Assembly: GCF_000953395.1 (NCBI RefSeq)
Contig: NZ_LN649236.1
Coordinates: 90,001 to 122,000 of the forward strand
Length of the DNA: 32,000 bases
Reading direction: 5' to 3'
Origin: Candidatus Portiera aleyrodidarum
GTDB lineage: Bacteria > Pseudomonadota > Gammaproteobacteria > Johnevansiales > Johnevansiaceae
The translations under genes were made by a program, and so were the position numbers. The notes under the pieces are model-generated. The model was not told the DNA's origin. It searched no databases and saw only the letters and a program-made list of their open reading frames with translations. This document shows positions 29,615-32,000 of this stretch, one piece after another; positions within the stretch are counted from its first letter, which is position 1; every line of letters starts with the position of its first letter.

Positions 29615-30106
29615 TTATTTTTTAAATTTAAAATTTAAAGCACTAAGAAGCTCAAAACCTTCTTTATCACTTTTAGCTGTAGTTGTTATTGTAATATTTA
29701 ATCCACGTATACCATTTATTTTTTCATAATCAATTTCTGGAAATATTATTTGTTCTCTTAATCCTATTGTATAATTTCCATTCCCATCAAACGCTTTTTT
29801 ATTTAAACCACGAAAATCTCTTATTCTTGGAATCGCTATATTAATTAATCTATCTAAAAATTCCCACATACGGTTTCTTCTTAAAGTTACTTTTATTCCA
29901 ATAGGAAACCCTATACGTAATTTAAAACTAGCAATAGATTTCCGTGCTTTTGTTATAATTGGTTTCTGTCCTGTAATCATTTTTAAATCTTTTTCTGCTT
30001 TTTCCATTATTTTTTTATCATTTACTGCTTTACCCAACCCCATGTTTAAAGTAACTTTACTTATATTTGGTATTTGCATTATATTAATATAATTTAATTT
30101 AATCAT
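29615..30106 (-). CDS. rplE: 50S ribosomal protein L5 (N-terminally ~16 aa shorter than E. coli)
   Basis: ..[24 protein letters not shown]....[36 protein letters not shown].. There is an ATGA overlap with rplX. Confidence 0.94.
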   Translation of the reverse strand: MIKLNYINIMQIPNISKVTLNMGLGKAVNDKKIMEKAEKDLKMITGQKPIITKARKSIASFKLRIGFPIGIKVTLRRNRMWEFLDRLINIAIPRIRDFRGLNKKAFDGNGNYTIGLREQIIFPEIDYEKINGIRGLNITITTTAKSDKEGFELLSALNFKFKK

Positions 30107-30405
30107 TTTATTGGCTTTTTATTTTTTTTATAAATACGTATTTTCACACCATTTTTTTCTTTTATAATTACTTTATCCGCTTTACCTTTTTCTGAATTAA
30201 ATATAGCTATATTTGAATAATTTATTGATGCTTCTTTTTTTATTATACCTCCTTTTGTTTTTCCTTTATTTTTTTTATGATACTTTCTTATATTTATTCC
30301 TACAACCCAAACTTTATTTTTTCTAATCCGTTTTACTTTTCCAATTTTACCTTTTTCTTTCCCAGTTATTACTATTACTTCATCATTACGTTTTATTTTA
30401 TACAT
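30103..30405 (-). CDS. rplX: 50S ribosomal protein L24
   Basis: 100-aa [27 protein letters not shown] (KOW motif). Confidence 0.94.
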   Translation of the reverse strand: MYKIKRNDEVIVITGKEKGKIGKVKRIRKNKVWVVGINIRKYHKKNKGKTKGGIIKKEASINYSNIAIFNSEKGKADKVIIKEKNGVKIRIYKKNKKPIK

Positions 30406-30423
30406 ACCTTTTTACTCTTCTTT

Positions 30424-30795
30424 TCATAATACCTCATTTGCCAATGACACAATCTTCATAAATTTTTCTGTACGTAATTCTCTTGTTACAGGGCCAAATA
30501 TTCTAGTACCTACCGGCTGTTCTGTAGTATTATTTAATAATACTACTGCATTACTATCAAATCTAATTATTGACCCATCCCTACGTCTTATACCTTTTTT
30601 TGTACGTACTACTACTGCTTTCATTACTTGCCCTTTCTTTACTTTTCCTTTAGGTATTGCTTCTTTAACTGTTATTTTTATCAAATCACCTATTTTAGCA
30701 TACCTACGACGTGACCCTCCTAATACTTTAATACATTGTACTTTTTTGGCTCCACTATTATCTGCTATTTCTAACTTAGTTTGTGTTTGTATCAT
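30424..30795 (-). CDS. rplN: 50S ribosomal protein L14
   Basis: 123-aa [40 protein letters not shown]... Confidence 0.97.
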   Translation of the reverse strand: MIQTQTKLEIADNSGAKKVQCIKVLGGSRRRYAKIGDLIKITVKEAIPKGKVKKGQVMKAVVVRTKKGIRRRDGSIIRFDSNAVVLLNNTTEQPVGTRIFGPVTRELRTEKFMKIVSLANEVL

Positions 30796-30812
30796 TTTTT
30801 TCCATTTACTTT

Positions 30813-31067
30813 TTAAAGTTTTTTCAAAATTTTAATTAAAATCCAAGATTTTTTTTTAGACAATTTTAAACTTTCTGCACATTCAACTAAATCTCCTATT
30901 TCTGCTTTATTTTTTGCATCATGAACACTTATTTTATTTGATCTTTTTACATACTTACCATATATTTTATGTTTTATAATCCTTTCTATTAAAACTACAA
31001 TTGTTTTATTCATTTTATTACTAACTACTTTTCCTTTTATTTTTCTTACTTTTATATTACTTTTCAT
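30813..31067 (-). CDS. rpsQ: 30S ribosomal protein S17
   Basis: 84-aa ORF ..[30 protein letters not shown]...HD..N. Confidence 0.94.
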   Translation of the reverse strand: MKSNIKVRKIKGKVVSNKMNKTIVVLIERIIKHKIYGKYVKRSNKISVHDAKNKAEIGDLVECAESLKLSKKKSWILIKILKKL

Positions 31068-31068
31068 A

Positions 31069-31257
31069 CTACTCTTTACCTATTTTTTCATTAATTATAG
31101 TTTTTAACCTCGCAATATTTCTACGTATCTTTTTAAATAAATGATTTTTATTTAATTGTCCTATTTTTTTTTGCATTCTTAACTTAAATTGTTCATTTAA
31201 TAATGAAACTACGTTGTTTTTTAATTCTTCAATAGATTTTTTACGATTTTTATTCAT
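31069..31257 (-). CDS. rpmC: 50S ribosomal protein L29
   Basis: 62-aa ORF in the canonical rplP-rpmC-rpsQ slot, with the L29 helical pattern (EL...L.EQFKLRMQ......N.H.FK..RR.IAR.KT). Confidence 0.9.
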   Translation of the reverse strand: MNKNRKKSIEELKNNVVSLLNEQFKLRMQKKIGQLNKNHLFKKIRRNIARLKTIINEKIGKE

Positions 31258-31259
31258 TC

Positions 31260-31673
31260 TTACATAATTACCTTTTTAACAAAATTAGTAATAAATGGCA
31301 TTTTTTGAGATGCTAATTCTAAAGCTTCCTTTGCTACTTCTTCATTTACTCCTTCAATTTCATAAATTATTCTTCCTGGTTTTATTTGTGCTACCCAATA
31401 TTCCACTGATCCTTTGCCTTTTCCCATACGTACTTCAAGTGGTTTCTTTGTAATTGGTTTATCTGGAAATACACGTATCCAAATTTTCCCACCACGTTTT
31501 ACATGCCTAGTAATAGCTCTTCGACCTGCTTCTATTTGTCTAGATGTAATCCTACTATTAACTAATGCTTTCATTCCATATTCACCAAATTTTACCTCAT
31601 TTCCACGATTAGATATACCTCTATTACGTCCTTTATGTTGTTTACGATATTTCGTCTTTTTAGGCTGTAACAT
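31260..31673 (-). CDS. rplP: 50S ribosomal protein L16
   Basis: 137-aa [22 protein letters not shown].....N.V.FG.YG.KA... Confidence 0.97.
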   Translation of the reverse strand: MLQPKKTKYRKQHKGRNRGISNRGNEVKFGEYGMKALVNSRITSRQIEAGRRAITRHVKRGGKIWIRVFPDKPITKKPLEVRMGKGKGSVEYWVAQIKPGRIIYEIEGVNEEVAKEALELASQKMPFITNFVKKVIM

Positions 31674-32000
31674 TTACATTTTCCTCCTTATTTTTTTTAT
31701 AATATAATGATACTTTCTTTACTTCCTCCATACCTCCTAATATTTCTCCTTTAAATACCCATACCTTAATCCCTATTACACCATAATTAGTAAATGCTTC
31801 CTCTTTATAATAATCTATATTTGCACGTAAAGTATGTAAAGGGACTCTACCCTCTTTATACCATTCTTTTCTAGCAATTTCTGCCCCCCCTAATCTACCT
31901 GATAATTTGATTTTCACGCCTTTCGCACCTAATCTCGTTGCATTTTGTACTGCTCTTTTCATAGCACGACGAAACATTACACGTTTTTCCAATTGTACGG
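31660..32000 (-). CDS. rpsC: 30S ribosomal protein S3, C-terminal part (gene start lies beyond the window end)
   Basis: ..[49 protein letters not shown]....[11 protein letters not shown]. It overlaps rplP by 14 nt. Confidence 0.93.
   Translation of the reverse strand, partial: VQLEKRVMFRRAMKRAVQNATRLGAKGVKIKLSGRLGGAEIARKEWYKEGRVPLHTLRANIDYYKEEAFTNYGVIGIKVWVFKGEILGGMEEVKKVSLYYKKNKEENVNVTA

Overview
Very AT-rich (roughly a quarter GC by eye, not computed), almost gap-free segment typical of a tiny-genome obligate intracellular symbiont. The partial 16S rRNA at the left edge has gammaproteobacterial, Halomonas/Oceanospirillales-like blocks. That placement is from memory, and a Portiera/Evansia/Carsonella-type insect symbiont is only a guess. 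I can support 45 protein genes, 43 of them on the minus strand. In transcription order they are: the end of the S10 operon plus the spc and alpha ribosomal operons (rpsC...rplQ, with secY, rpmJ, rpoA), then ssb, rplU-rpmA-obg, rpsT, ileS-lspA-rluD-clpB, a MarC-family membrane protein (+), ilvI-ilvH-ilvC, rpsP-rimM-rplS, hom-thrC, prfB-lysS, rsmD (+), rpoH-rpmB-rpmG-trpS, and the 5' part of rrs. Two small genes missing from the ORF track were recovered by hand: rpmG (1638-1781) and rpmJ (25579-25692). The truncated RF2 ORF is really a full prfB with a programmed +1 frameshift (TTT TGA T). I see no mobile elements, CRISPR, toxin/defence loci or other accessory cargo, and no convincing undescribed multi-gene system; this is core housekeeping plus amino-acid provisioning DNA. 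The points worth a second look are smaller. There are three perfect short tandem-repeat arrays in intercistronic spacers, one of which triplicates the rpsE start codon. A 21-nt element is duplicated between two spc-operon spacers. The conserved slots for trmD and rpmD are empty. The intact clpB ORF has eroded Walker B, pore-loop and Arg-finger motifs. A consensus sigma-70 promoter for rrs overlaps the trpS stop codon. Standard code applies: TGA is used as a stop and RF2 is retained.
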